Assembly: GCA_004431415.1 (NCBI GenBank)
Contig: QPMI01000491.1
Span: 62,001-126,000, forward strand
Direction: 5' to 3'
Origin: Cyanophora paradoxa CCMP329
Taxonomy: Eukaryota; Plantae; Glaucophyta
DNA length: 64,000 bases
The first letter of the stretch is position 1. Every line of letters begins with the position of its first letter. A program made the position numbers and the translations under genes. Under the pieces are notes generated by a model. It was not told the DNA's origin. It saw only the letters and a program-made list of their open reading frames with translations, and did no database searches. This document shows positions 1-13,000 of this stretch, in pieces.

Positions 1-3000
1 ACTTGATCATCGTATCGAGAACCAGGTTAGCGCCAACGTATGGAACGACTGCGATTGCAAAACTCATGAGGACATTTTCCCGAATTCAATTAGCCACGCA
101 CATGATAGCCAGAGCTGGAAGGCTCCCGGGCATCCGGCGGCACTTCCGACCTGACCGCCGCGAGCGGTTGTTTAAATTAGAGAAGCCTAATTATGTAAGC
201 TTAAGGCCGTTGAGCCTGGCATGGGAACCGGTGAGTAGGTGGCGCCGATCTTGATGGGGAATTGCATTACAAAGTTGAGGAAAGAGACGCTGCGTGCATT
301 GTAACATTGTTTGAGCAGTGGAGATATCAGTATGACGATATTGAGCTGGCGCCTCACCCCATAGCACCCATATCCAGGCCGATCTAAGCGGAGATTTCGT
401 CAAACAGGCACAAGGATTTCGAAGGCATGCAAATGGGAAAACCTCGGGAATGAGAGAAATGTAGCCATCGATGACTGGAAAAGGAGCATCATGTACGGGT
501 CGGACAAAAATGCATATTTAAGAGAGAATGCAGCTGCGCGTGTGCGCACAGACATCCGTCGGAGGATCCGGCTTTTTGGCCTCGAAGACAGGCTGCTTTT
601 GATCCATCCATCCGAAGAGCGGGGCCAGCTGCTTTGCCTTGCCGTCGTAAGCTAAGCCGACCTCCACGCCAGCGTCCACGTTGACGCCGAACACAGGGTT
701 CCAGTTCAGCGTGAGATCGATGCAGGCTATGATCGTGCCTTTCAACTGCGGCCGCAAGAGTCATGATCAGACTCACCAAAGTTTGAAAAATGGGCGTGGG
801 CGCGAGATAGAAAAGTAAGGTGGGCGCAAGGACATGGCGCACGTAGGGCGTAAGGTTGACGAAGACGGGCCCGTAGACAAAGAATTGGATGGAGTGCTCA
901 GCTTTTGGAAGGTCTTGGGAGACGCAGGCCTCAATCGTGACAGAAAGCTTGAGCTTAAACCAGAACTTGACTTTCAGGCCCGTGTAGTCTGACCGATTGT
1001 GAACGAACCAGAAAATGCGAGGCGTAGGGGGATATACGTACATGAGAATGAAATCCAGTTGAGCTTGTAGTCTTTTACCTTCAGCTCAAACTTGTATCCC
1101 TGCGGCCAAGAGATTCAGGTGGGAATCAAAAAGGGAAGCGGTGTGCGCCGCCAAAACGAACCGATCCGATCCAAACGTAGATCTTCGCAAGAAAAACAAT
1201 TGCAACTCTGTTAATTAGGAAAGTTTTGCAGAAAATTCAGATAAACTTTAAACCTCTTCTGGGTCAAGTTCCAGCACGCCCCACAAACCGCCGGAAACGC
1301 CCACTCCAGTCTTGTCTTTCTTCTTGTCCGACTTGCTTCCAATATCGCTTTTGCCAGTCTGTGCATGCGCACCTCAGAGCGCGCATTTAAATTTATTGCG
1401 TGTTCTGCGCGATTGGCGGTCGCACGGAAACTGAAAAATCTGTATCCGACGTTAGATCGAACGGCTATGGTTCACTAATGAAATTCACTAATGAAAAGGC
1501 TTCCATTAAGCTCACCGAGTTTGAAGACAGGGAGCTTCATAAACTGTCCAGATCGTGTTAGCATACGTGAGATCAAGAACCACAGACCTGGCGCGCGCCG
1601 CGCACCTGGCGCATGAAGAAATCATCTGCAAGTTTTTCGAAAAGGCGGCGTCGATGACTTAAAACGAATTCGAAGCACACTGGTAACGAACCGTAATTGA
1701 ATTTGCTGCAGACGCGGTATTAGAATTAGCTACATAGCAATTGCGAATTGCAGTGTCATTATAACTATCCAACCGAAAATGACTCACATTCTCGGTACTC
1801 TAGGGTAGGGAGGGAACGGAACCATTTCCGTGGGAATGCGGAACGTGATCGTGCATTCTCCGGCAAGGCTGCGATGCGCGGGCCGGGCCGGGGTTTGGAT
1901 TGATCTGATGTCGGAGGTGGGTAACCAGACGGAAAAGCTGACCACGAAATGGCCTCGACTGCGAGAGCTGCGTAGTCCAGAGCCTGGTTGGCCTGCGACG
2001 CGATGTCAGCAGCATGCGCAGCTCTCGGCCTAGGTGGCTTGCGCTCTCAGCTGCATGCATATGTCGCTCACCACGGCCTCGACCTGTGCATCCCCGGGGA
2101 CAGTGGCCGGTCGCAAGCGAGTGAGAGGGTTATCTACTGAGAGTCGAACCGATCGCGGGCAAAGTCACGCGCCTTGTTCACGAGGAACTCCCCTGCAAAC
2201 TTCACGCCGTCCATTCCCGTCTTCATCTGCCCGATGACGACCGAGAACGTGCCGCCTGGTATTTCACGGATCCGCTTCAGTAGAGTAGACAAATAAATTA
2301 TAAAGTATCCTTGAAAGCAATTGTAATCGGACCTGTAAGGGTGTCCACGCGGTCGAGGAGCACCTTAGCCCCATCGACGGCCTTCCCCACGAGGTCCCTG
2401 CGCAGAAGAATTGCAGAGTACTAGTATGCTCACGAGGCGCGAAATCGCTATGTGCACCTCGCCACCGTCGCTGCTGCTTTGACCCACCCCTTGGCAGCTT
2501 CAATGCCTGAAAATCAAGCTCATGTATAAGCTCTTAACCCGGTAAGTCTTCTCTCGTGAATCATGACAATAACCTTTTTTCTTCACTCGGCAAAGAAAAT
2601 CGATTAGTTATCGTTTCGGATTAAAGCCGAAAGAGGAAGGCAAACCGCGGGCTCGACGATGTTTTTCTTTATAAAAGGTGCTGCGGTGTTCTTGACCTGT
2701 TTCCGAAAAATCAATAAACGAGAGCGACATGTCGGCAGAATAGAAAAGGACCACGTACCCAATTGGTCGCCACTGCAACTCCCACACGAACCGCGTTTAC
2801 AACCGGTTGAACGGCTTTCGTAATGGTCTTGGCAGCATTCGAGAAAAAGTTTCCTATGGCTTGGAAGAACCAGCGGAGTTTTCGGCGCGGGTCAGTAGAA
2901 CCAGCTGCTGTGCCGGGCGCGGATCCGGATCCGGAGCTGGCGGCAAAGGCCTCGAGGTCGCCGGAGCCGACGTCGTACTCCGCGTCGTCCTCGAGCTCGT

Positions 3001-4936
3001 CCGTCGGCACCGTCTGCCCGTACTGCTCGGTCTCGCTAAACCCGGGCGGCCCGGCCGGATACACCCGGAAATGCTTGCGCAGCTCGTGCCTCTCCGCCTC
3101 GCGCCGCTGCGCATGCCCGTCCATTCCGGCGCGGACGGAGTGCAGCAGCGTGCCCGCAAGGTGCGCCGGCTTCGACCCGGGCGCGACGGTGTTGGTGCCG
3201 CGGGAAGGCAAAGCGCTCGCAATCGAGCCCTGCTGGCCATGGCGCCGCGTGTTCTTGGGTTTCCAGTCTGCGGGTCCCGCACGGAGGCGGGAGCTTTGGC
3301 GTGAGTTACTGCCAAACGAAAACATCAATCTAACGGCGCACCACCGAAGTCGTGTCCGCGCACGGGACCTCTCGATTTGTAGTCGTCCTCAGAGACAGGA
3401 CGGCCCTCGCTGAGCGAGAATAAATCTCAGGTCGGTTTGACGATTTATTCGTGACTATACATGTACAGCGCATGTGCGCACTGGTGATTGATGAGATCCT
3501 CGGCGTTGGTTTCTGTCGAATTTCAAACAGTCAAGGATTCGCAACATGCAGAAACGAATGAAGGAAGACAATTTGGCACCAAGGTGGAGGTCCTTGAACA
3601 TGTCCTGCAATTGCAACGCAAATAATGATGTAAAGCAGCGCGGGTCAAGGATTGGATTTAGAACGAGAAACGAGGTTGTAATATATATAATAACCGTAAT
3701 GGCGCACCGTGAGCCGGGCCTTCTCGGTTTTCAGGTCGACGCAGAGGCCGAAGACAGTGCCCCTGCCTTCGACGGAGACGCTGCACTGGTGCGAGTGAAC
3801 CTCGAGGATCCGAACGAATACACCGCCCTTCGAAATTCCCGCCCCGCCTCAGGGAATCGCCGCTACATTTTGGGCGACGCCAAGTCAGAAAATTAGAGGG
3901 CGCGCCTTCTGGCGGCCCATGGTCGGCGGCTCTCCGACGTGGGCCCCCTCTCCATCGAGCAGGTCCTCCTCGTTCTCCTCCTCCGGAACTGCCGAACCGC
4001 AGCGCCTGCAAGATAGTAGAAATTAAGAGCAATTATAGGGTATCGATGATAAAATGGCGATAATATCATTTTTTCGGCTGCGGCAGGCATCGCGCACCAA
4101 TGACTTCGCCCTGAAACGAGCATGTTGGGCTTAAATTTATGAAGATGATGACGTGCCTGGTCATCATTTGCATTCGCATTCGAGTCGCCTGGATTCGAAT
4201 GAGGGTTCGCCAACACCAGTGAGATGGCGTGCGGAGCGTGCGAGCTGTGCTCAAATTTTCAGCGAAATTTAATAGCCGAGCATATTATATATTGGAGCTG
4301 TGGTAACCAATGGACGGCGATGAGATTCTCCTGGTCTTCGAGGAGGAGCGACTCGCGGACTTGCACGCCCTTCATCCTGATGCGCGAGCGCTTGCCGCTT
4401 GGGTGAACGCGAAAATCCTGACATGTACAGTGCGCGATCATTCGGCCAAGAGAGCAGCAACCAATTTAGGAGGTCTTAGCTATATATATAAATATAGACT
4501 CCAGCGATGGCCGAAACTGCGAGTTTAGAAGGCTCGAGCGAACCTCAGCATTCCAGTGGCGATGGCCTGTCTCCTGGTGGACCCACGAGCCCCGGTATAT
4601 TTCTTCGTCCGAGCGCGCCTTCACGTGCCCAGGGCGGGCAGAGAAGCGCTCCCCTGTGGCATATGCTAGCTTCTTCCATGCTGCGCGGGGTTGCGTGGTG
4701 ACATTTCTATTCATGTAGATCCCAGGGGCCAGATCTGCTGATGCAGGATATAGCGTACCGTCGTGTTTTGCGTAGCGATTCGCTTCGACACAGGTGGCAA
4801 TGGCGGCCAGCACGGCGAGTCCCACGATCCATGCACGAGCGCTCGCCAGCACCGCAGCTGGAGCACGCGGTGCCGACTTCCGCTCTTGTTGCCGAAGTTT
4901 ACGCATGTGCGCTCCAATTGCAACGCTTGTGTACAT
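1..4936 (-). CDS. Secreted multi-exon protein with DUF7029-like N-domain, amphipathic helical region and DUF7223-like beta region; 3' end probably beyond the window
   Basis: N-terminal hydrophobic signal (WIVGLAVLAAIATCVEA). Spliced exons give LLLEDQENLIAVH, VFVRILEVHSHQC..LCVDLKTEKARLT|DMFKDLHL, then RRKLRWFFQAIGNFFSNAAK, then beta-strand-rich exons (GLKVKFWFKLKLSVTIEAC, GVNVDAGVEVGLAYDG). Family call is by resemblance only. Confidence 0.6.
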
Positions 4937-6016
4937 GTGAGGCCGCTCTCAGATCTGGAGTCGCGCGCGCGCTCAGCGGCTTGCAATTGAGGCCTAAAGC
5001 TGGATCTTGAGCCGCTCACGTACGCGTGCTGATTATAGCCTTCGTATGCGCGCGCTCTTTGCACGGCCGCAGTTAGACTGCGGCTCTAGTAATGCAGTAT
5101 GAACTTGGGAACTACGTAGCTGTGGGTCTGCGCCTGCCAGGCGGCCCAGGCTGGCTGGCTGCCTCAGTGAGGCTGTGAGCAGCAGTGAGATCGATGAGTT
5201 ACTCTGAGCATGCGCAGGGCCGCGCGCAGGCTGCAGGCTGCAGCCTGTCACAGTGTGCTCAGCTGCAGCGGCTGCACTGCGGCGGCTGTCACACTGTGAC
5301 AGTGTAGTCACTGAATTCAAATTTGAAAGTGATGTACCACTAGTAGTAGTCCACTACTAGTAATATCGTGCGCACTAATATTGTGTTTACGGTACGGTAG
5401 ACTGTCTTACGGTAGACTGATCATGATGAGCAGGGCGGCCAAGGCCCGATGGGCGGGGAGTGAACCGGTACAGGCTCCGTACAGCTGGCAGTGCTTGCGT
5501 ACCGTAGTACTATGCGGCAGTCTACAATGCCCGCTATTGCCTAGCAGTCCCCGACGTCGACTCGGACCGTCGGACCCGGGACGTCGACCCGGAATCACAC
5601 AATTTTGTGGTAATTTTCGCTTACTATACTTTTGGGGTAATTTTCTTACAACTTTGGCAATTACACCAGGGTTCATCGACCTGTCAGCGCTGTCACCTGT
5701 GTGAGGCTGCGTCTCAGTCACTGAGTATCACAGACTCACTAAGGCTGCGTCTCAGTCACTGAGTAATAATCAACTAATAACTAATAAATGACAGTTAATA
5801 GAATGATTATTCCTAATAAACTCGCATTTTCGGGATATGTTTTAATTCCAGCACTGGCCGCCAGCCCGCCGCGCCGGCCGGCGGCAAAACCGGTACTTGG
5901 AAGGTACCAGCCGGCACTTCGGACCAGCCGGCTTCGAAGCTTTTTTTAGCTAAAAACGAAGCGACTACTACTAGCCTCCTACTAGGCTACTAGGCTAGCA
6001 GTGGCATGCGCGCAAC

Positions 6017-6273
6017 TACCGTGTAACACTTTAGTAATGTGCGCACTAATGTAATGCGGTCCCAAATTAATTATAATGCGTTTTCTGCTGGCAAAACGCA
6101 TTAATTTGGGACCGCATTAATATCGAAACGCTAAGAAAAGTGCGTTATGTACCCCCACCAGCAGCCAAAATGCTTCGAAACGCATTAATTTGGTACCGCA
6201 TTAATATCCATACTAGGGGTTGGGGTCCAAAAACGCATTAATTACTGGCGCATTAATTAAGTGTTACACGGTA
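6017..6273. mobile_element. MITE, Tc1/mariner-pogo type
   Basis: 13-bp perfect TIRs CCGTGTAACACTT (6019-6031) and AAGTGTTACACGG (6259-6271), each flanked by TA. AT-rich non-coding interior with direct and inverted copies of CGCATTAATTTGG(G/T)ACCGCATTA. Confidence 0.8.
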
Positions 6274-7062
6274 CTAGACTCCAGGCTGGACCGCTGGAGG
6301 CTGGAGCCTGGAGCTACCGAGTACTAGTAGTGCCGAGTCCTACGGACTCCTACAGACTCGGCGACGCCCGGCCTACCGTACCGTCGGTCCGGCGCGCCGG
6401 CGTCGGATGATTCGGATCCAGAGTCCAGACCGTCGGGCTCCGAGTCTACCGGTAGCCGATCTCCGATTCTCCCGGCCCCGGGCCCAGAGATAGACTCCTG
6501 GGCCAGACTCTGAGAGTCCCGGACTCCCGGCCCGACTCCCGGGAGTCTGAGCGAGAATTCATGAACATCCGGCGGGCCGGCGGCGGCGCCACTGCCGCGC
6601 CAGGACCGCCGGCGCCGGGCCGGGCCCGACCGGCGCGAGTCATGATCTCAGTCATCATCATGGCATCAGCGTTGATTCAGCGACTAGCCGATTCGTTACC
6701 CGAGGTCTGCGGATGACTTCGATTCGTATTATTAAGTTCGTAAGGCAAATACTCAGGTTATAGCTATTAGCTAGGGCGAGCTCGACCCGAGCGGCGATCG
6801 AGTTGCAAGTTGGCGAGTAAACTTTGAAACGTTGGCGACGGCGGTCCTTGCCGCGAACGTTAACCTCGCCTCAGCTTGCCTGCCAGGCTGCGGTTGTTGA
6901 GCTCAAGCTCGACATCGCGTATGCGTGAAGCCCGGCCGCGGCTCACTGAGTCAGCTGCAACAGCGCAACCCACGAAGCTTGCGGCGTGTACGTACATATA
7001 AGCGGATCCGGAGTGTGTCTTGATCGGATCGCGACCAGCGCGACTCGGATCTATAGCTTGAG

Positions 7063-10000
7063 ATGGCATATATAGACTCTAGCTCGCGGCAGCAAGCGCG
7101 CGCATCAAGGAAATGTGCTTCCGTAGCTGCAACTGCGCATGCCGTCATAATCAGCTTCGCGCTTCTCGTGACGATTGCCTCCTTTGGCAATTGCAACGCG
7201 CAGGGTGCGTGATCATGAGTGAACGCGCCTGTCTGTATCAGCGCACGCCAACTACAGCTGCAGGGTCTTTTTGGGAGAGCTTCAACAAAACTAGCGCATC
7301 AGGTGTGCGACACATATATGTATTCATACACTTTCAAACAGCGGCCTAGGTCTCGTTCCTAGGCCCTCAGTAGGCGATCGCTCACAGTTGCGGTCGAAGC
7401 TTTGCACTTCGGCACTGCAGGCGGAACTGCTGGAGCGCGCTACCTGACCGTCCCCTCGTTCACGATCGCCGCGCCCCTCTCCATTGAAGTATCCTTCGTG
7501 CGTCTCAGAGTCTCTTAATGCCGCATGCTTGTTGAAGTTTATTTCGGACTAAATAATTGCAAACTCGCCTTGCGCGTGCAGAGGTTGGATCAGCTCCAGG
7601 TGCGGCATTCCGAAATCCCGACTGTTCTCTCCTAAGCACCTCCTAATATGCAATCTTCGGTGCAGGCTAACTGGACCAAAATCCTCGATTTTGGTACGCC
7701 GTATATATGCATACTCCAGGGGGGCGGCTAGATCTGGAGCCTCGGAGCCGTCGTGATCAGGCTCTGGAAGCCCCACTAGTACTAGCTCCGCGTACGGTGG
7801 CCGTGGTCAAGCGGCAGTCAAACCGAGTGGTGTAATATAGTTCTTAGTACTGGTCGGCCGGTCTGCAACGCGGGCCGCTTCAAAAATAGTTTGCCGACCC
7901 ATATATATTGTCTAAATACTCTGCCTGCAGACTTTGCCTGCCTGTGCCTGCTTGCCTGTACTCCTTAGTCCCTCCCGAAGTTCTTCCGCCTGTCTGTCCC
8001 TTAGGGCCTCGCCTCGTTTTCCGCCCCCCCCCCTCCCCCCCCCCCCCCCCGCCCCCCCTCTCCCTATCACTGCGCATGCGTATCTATATAGCCAGCAGTC
8101 CTATCTCATCCGGATCCTCTCCTCACCTCCCTCTTCGATCTCCTTCCCCTCCCCCGCGCTCCCTCTCCCTTGCCTCTGGATCTACGCATAGCATGATCGC
8201 CCGCTCGATAATGCATCATATGGATAGCTCCGCTCTAGATCTCAATTCGCTCGAGCGCAAAAATAAACCTGCTTATGTATAAAACCTTCGAATTCATGTT
8301 ATGCGAACGTCTTCGTATCATGTTAACATTCTTGGCAGGTGACTCGGAAGCCTCAAACAACCTCATCCTAGCATTTCAGGTCTTTCTCAAAGTCTCTCTA
8401 AATCTCCGTATATAGCTAGCGGAAACAACTAGCTGGCTGACCCACGGCCACAGCAAGACACATCATCGAACTACCTGGTTTTGCAGAGCTACGATGGCTC
8501 GAGCGCGTCAAACACCACCCTTTTCCGGCCTTCAAATGTTGGCGCCTTCGGGGTCCGTTCTGACTTCGACTGACATTCAAACGATTTGATTCTTTCATTT
8601 GATTTACTGATGCGAGAATCGCCGGTTCTCTACGCGCTTCACAGTTTTACACATGGTGCGAGAGACTCCTCGAACGCACAGAATGCGGAGTGTGACCGAT
8701 GATTATTAAAACTGCGATATATATATTGCGCAGGTATCATATCGTAATCGGTATTCCATGATGAACCGAAACTCTTTTATACGCGATCGGAATCGTTTGC
8801 TGCCTTTGACTGACGCGGCGAGCAGCAATTGGCTCCGACGGCTCCGTCTCTGCCTTCGTCGACGGGAAGGCAGCGAGCACGGCCAATATCACTGCGGCCC
8901 CGTCCGTGAACCGGTCGTCGCAGTATATTGGCAAGTCAAACTGGAACACCGTGCGTTGCTAGCGTTGCTACAGTTTCCACAGTTGCGTCTGCTGATTGCA
9001 AAGGCGGGGTAGACGCAGCACCCTTACCTCACGGGCTGCGCTCTTGCTGGTGGGCTGACCTAAATTCGAGCCGAAAACTAGATATTAACAACGACCTTTC
9101 CTCGCACGCAAGGTTTCCGAATGTACTCCGAAGTCCTTACCGCGACCGATGTCGCGACTCTGTACGGCGGCGGCTCTGTGTCAAAAGCTCTCTACCTTTT
9201 CTACAAGTTTGATGAAGCCGCCGGGGTACTCCCCGCAAGGTTTAATTTTATCCGCTGATTCTCTTGAGCTGACAATTGCAAATGCTTTTTCGCACAGGCC
9301 GCGACCATTGTCGACTATTCCGTGCGCCAATCTTCCGTTCATGCGATAAATTCCATTTCCCATCTGACGTCGGTTGCTTCGGGATTCAAGGGAAACACAG
9401 GACGGGACGCCAATATTACTGGCGACGTCTCTATTGTTACCTACAAAAAATTCCCGTCCCTCAGCCGCAGCACGGGCGCGTTGCCGATTGGTCAAAGAGC
9501 GTCATGTAAGCAAGCTGACGCGCACGCGGGCGCATGCGCAGCTGCCTACTTCGGCGTTACTGGAAGCACGGCCGGCCCGCGATCGATTTCGGCTCCCGCC
9601 TTTACTTTCTCCTTCCCGATAAGTCTCGAGTTCAACATCCTTCTGGTCCAGTATCAGACTGACGCTTCCAGGTGCGGGCTGTCACTGCCGCGCATGCGTA
9701 TGTTGCAATAGCCTTCTGAACCGACTCCGTCTCCGCAATTTCCTCCTTTCAGAGTCCTCGACTTTGGTTAGGCTTTCTCATACATTCTTCATCCGTATGC
9801 GTACCTCTAGATCTGACGCGACGCAAATAGGCAAGGGTCAGACGATGTCGAATCTGGTGAGCTGGTTAAACTTTCGTCCATCAATATTAGTATCGCAATC
9901 GGATGTCCCATGGCCAGTGTGTGAATTCCTGATCCTCGAGCGCCCCATACCAGGCCGTCTGGGTCGAAACGGACGTCTCTGGATACGGTAAGCAGAATGA

Positions 10001-13000
10001 ATTCCTTGTCCAATTGCATGCTTCTTGTTCTGGAGGGCGTTAACGCTGTCGATCCCGCAGGGCTTGGAATGCAATTATTCTCTGGCTCCACCGGCTCGAA
10101 TATCATCTACCTGTTCCGCCCCTCCAGCGCCGGTACCCTACAGCTTAACACCTGGTGCGGCTCTTTTAATTCCGAAGTTAGTGGGGCATAGAGTCTGTGG
10201 ATCACGAAAGTAATTTAATTGCAAGGTATCACATCGTCATTGTCTTCGGAGCCGACGGATCCGTTGCGGGGTATCTCAATGGAGCATATGTCGCCCCGAG
10301 CGCCACAAAGTTCGTTTCCGGTACCAACGCGGCGAATGCATTGGTCCTGGAAAATATATCCCGTAATTTGAACTACATTGTGCGTCGAAAGAAAATGTTT
10401 TTGGTCGCATGCGCCCGCTTTCCCGTTGCAGCTGACATACAATGCACCAGGGGAAGTCCAACTGGCTGGCGGTTCGATTTTTGAGCTCTCATTTCTCGTC
10501 TCTAGCAGATCTAGACTGTTCATGTGGCTGAAAGGGTAGCAGGATCCATATCTAACCGGAGCGTATCTTGGTGGCCTGCGCATGTGGAGCATGTGCCTCG
10601 GGGCGACCGACGTGGCGAACCTGTACGGCGGGAAGCCGGTGTACGGGAACGCGCACCTCTACTACGAGTTCGACGACGACCCCTCGGTGCGGCCGAAATC
10701 GAATCGCATTCGTAGCCGATCATTTATCTCTGTGTGACAATGCTCCGCGTACGTACACCTGCGCAGGGCACGAACATTACTGATTACTCGGTGAGATGCG
10801 AGCTTGATAACGATATCGATGTCCCGTGATGTCCTTTAAGACCCCGTGACGCCGTCTGTCCATGGCAGGGTTTTGGGCGAAACGGTACTCGTTCGTCGGA
10901 CGTGAAGCTTCTATTGCTCTCCTCAAAATTGTGGCCAAGCTTCAACGGCAACAAAGGTTGGCTAGTGTCAAATTTCGCTGAGGCTGTATGGACTAGCGAC
11001 GATCTGTCTCGCAGCTGTTCGCTTTGGGACAACTGGAGGGATTAGCGGAGCGCGTGCAGTCACGTTGCCGACGATGACTGTGGCGCTTCCCCTTTCGATC
11101 GAATTCTCCTTTATGATCACTCAGCTGCAAGATTGGGGCGCGCGCGTCGTCGGTGCGTTTCATTCTCATTCTCACATTCTTATAATCACATGTAGACGTT
11201 CTCATCCAAGTTCTGCAGATTTGGGCCTGACGCTTCAGAGCGAGAACGTCATTGTTGTCTTCAATAAAGGTATGCTATGTTTTGATCGATGCGCCGTTGT
11301 TCGCTGACAGTCAAGAAGGCCCGAGCGACGATTCGAATTATATGATGATGCAGATCTTCGATGGGAGCACACAGAGTTCATATGTGACTATGTTCAAGAG
11401 CGGCAGCAACATCGGCGTTATCTATGTTCGCGCAGCTATCTAGGGACATCTTTCTTCATATATAGCATCCAATCTGACGTGCCTCCTGCAGCCGAATAAC
11501 TGGTACCACGTCGTAATTGTCATGCAAACCGACGGCACAATCACGCCCTACCTCAACAATGTCAAGTACGCTCCTATCGGTTCGCTGGGGTTGGTGATGA
11601 AGTCGATCGCCCGCACATCCAATTTTATTGTACGTCCCACGCGCTATATTTGCGCATATATATGGGGGTGGACGTGAATGTCCGCTCAGCTGACATTTCG
11701 CAATTCAGGGCAAGAGCAACTGGCCAACTGTCTGCTCTCCTCTTGCTTTTCTGGTCGTTTTTCTCGTGAGGGCTGAAAAATCGATGGCAGGACCCGTTTC
11801 TTACTGGATGTTTCTTTTCCGGATTCCGGCTTTGGAGCTCCCCGCTCTCGGACGCCGACGTTAGTTCCCTCTTCTACGGCAGTGGCGCTTCGGGATCCCT
11901 GTACGTCTTCTATGCGTTCGACGATGATCCCGCGGTACGCACCATTTCCCCATGCATATGCATAGCTGTAGCTTTTGCTCGCGTGCGGCGGCGGCGCCTT
12001 CGACATATGAATGATTCTTGTGACGTCGTAAGAAAGATGATGCTGACTGTGATTCAGCAAGACACAGGTTGAATATTAATCTCCTCTGCTTTCGGGCTTG
12101 CAGGATTACAGCGGAAATGGTCTCAATGCCACAATGCAGGGCGATGTGTCCTTCGCATCAGTCGTCCAGCATCCCTATCTGCGCCGCCATGACGGTTCGC
12201 TACTTCTCGACCCAGACCTGCAATGCTCGCGCCAATCGATCTTACAACCATGGCGACCGTACGCGTGCAGCCGTGTTTTTCAACACGAGTGCGAACGCGA
12301 CGGAGCGCTACTTGGATTCAGCTCCGACGTTTGCCTTGGGCCTTCCGATCTCCTTAGAATTCAACGTGAAGGCGCGCATGCGCACCTGCCGATTTCGATA
12401 CGCTGCTGTTTGTCGACGCAAATCGAACTGCCGATGTACTCGCGGCGTCGGCTGCGCAGATCTTACAAACGCAACCATCGTATGCTTGCATCATGAACTT
12501 CGGAAGCGGAACCCCTATGGATACTCTGGTGCGCCGCCTACGTATATGGTTTATAAAATGTATGAAGAGGCTGATCGCATTTTGTGCACGCAGATATTTT
12601 TCTGGCAGGTTCACACGATTCTTTATTTTCAAATCTGATCATGACTTTATCTATCGATATCTTTGACTTTGAGTGTCTTCCGAGCAGAAGGACAGCGACA
12701 CCCGGAATTCGATAGGTAAGTATGCGCGCCGGTATATTGCGCTCGTTCAATTAATTTCCCGTTCGCTCAATCGCGTTTCCGGTGACCGCAGGTCTGACAA
12801 TGACTTCCGCAACAACCTGGACGGCACCCGAAATATACTTTTTCCGCACTAATGGCGTCGGCGACATTGTGGTGCGCTTTAGCGGCACATGTTCCCTTGC
12901 GTTTCTATGGTACTGGGTCTGAGCTGCTTTCCGCAGAACAACACATGGTGACCTCTTACGTATATACGTATAAAACATTAGAATGGCAATCGACTGAGTC

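Noticed and set aside
3546-3896. 116-aa plus-strand ORF
   Set aside because: Antisense to exons of the minus-strand DUF7029-like gene, which have proper splice sites.
7855-7905. hAT-like subterminal fragment (GCGGGCCGC..AGTTTGCCGACCC) in the long LamG-gene intron
   Set aside because: No partner TIR or 8-bp target-site duplication found.
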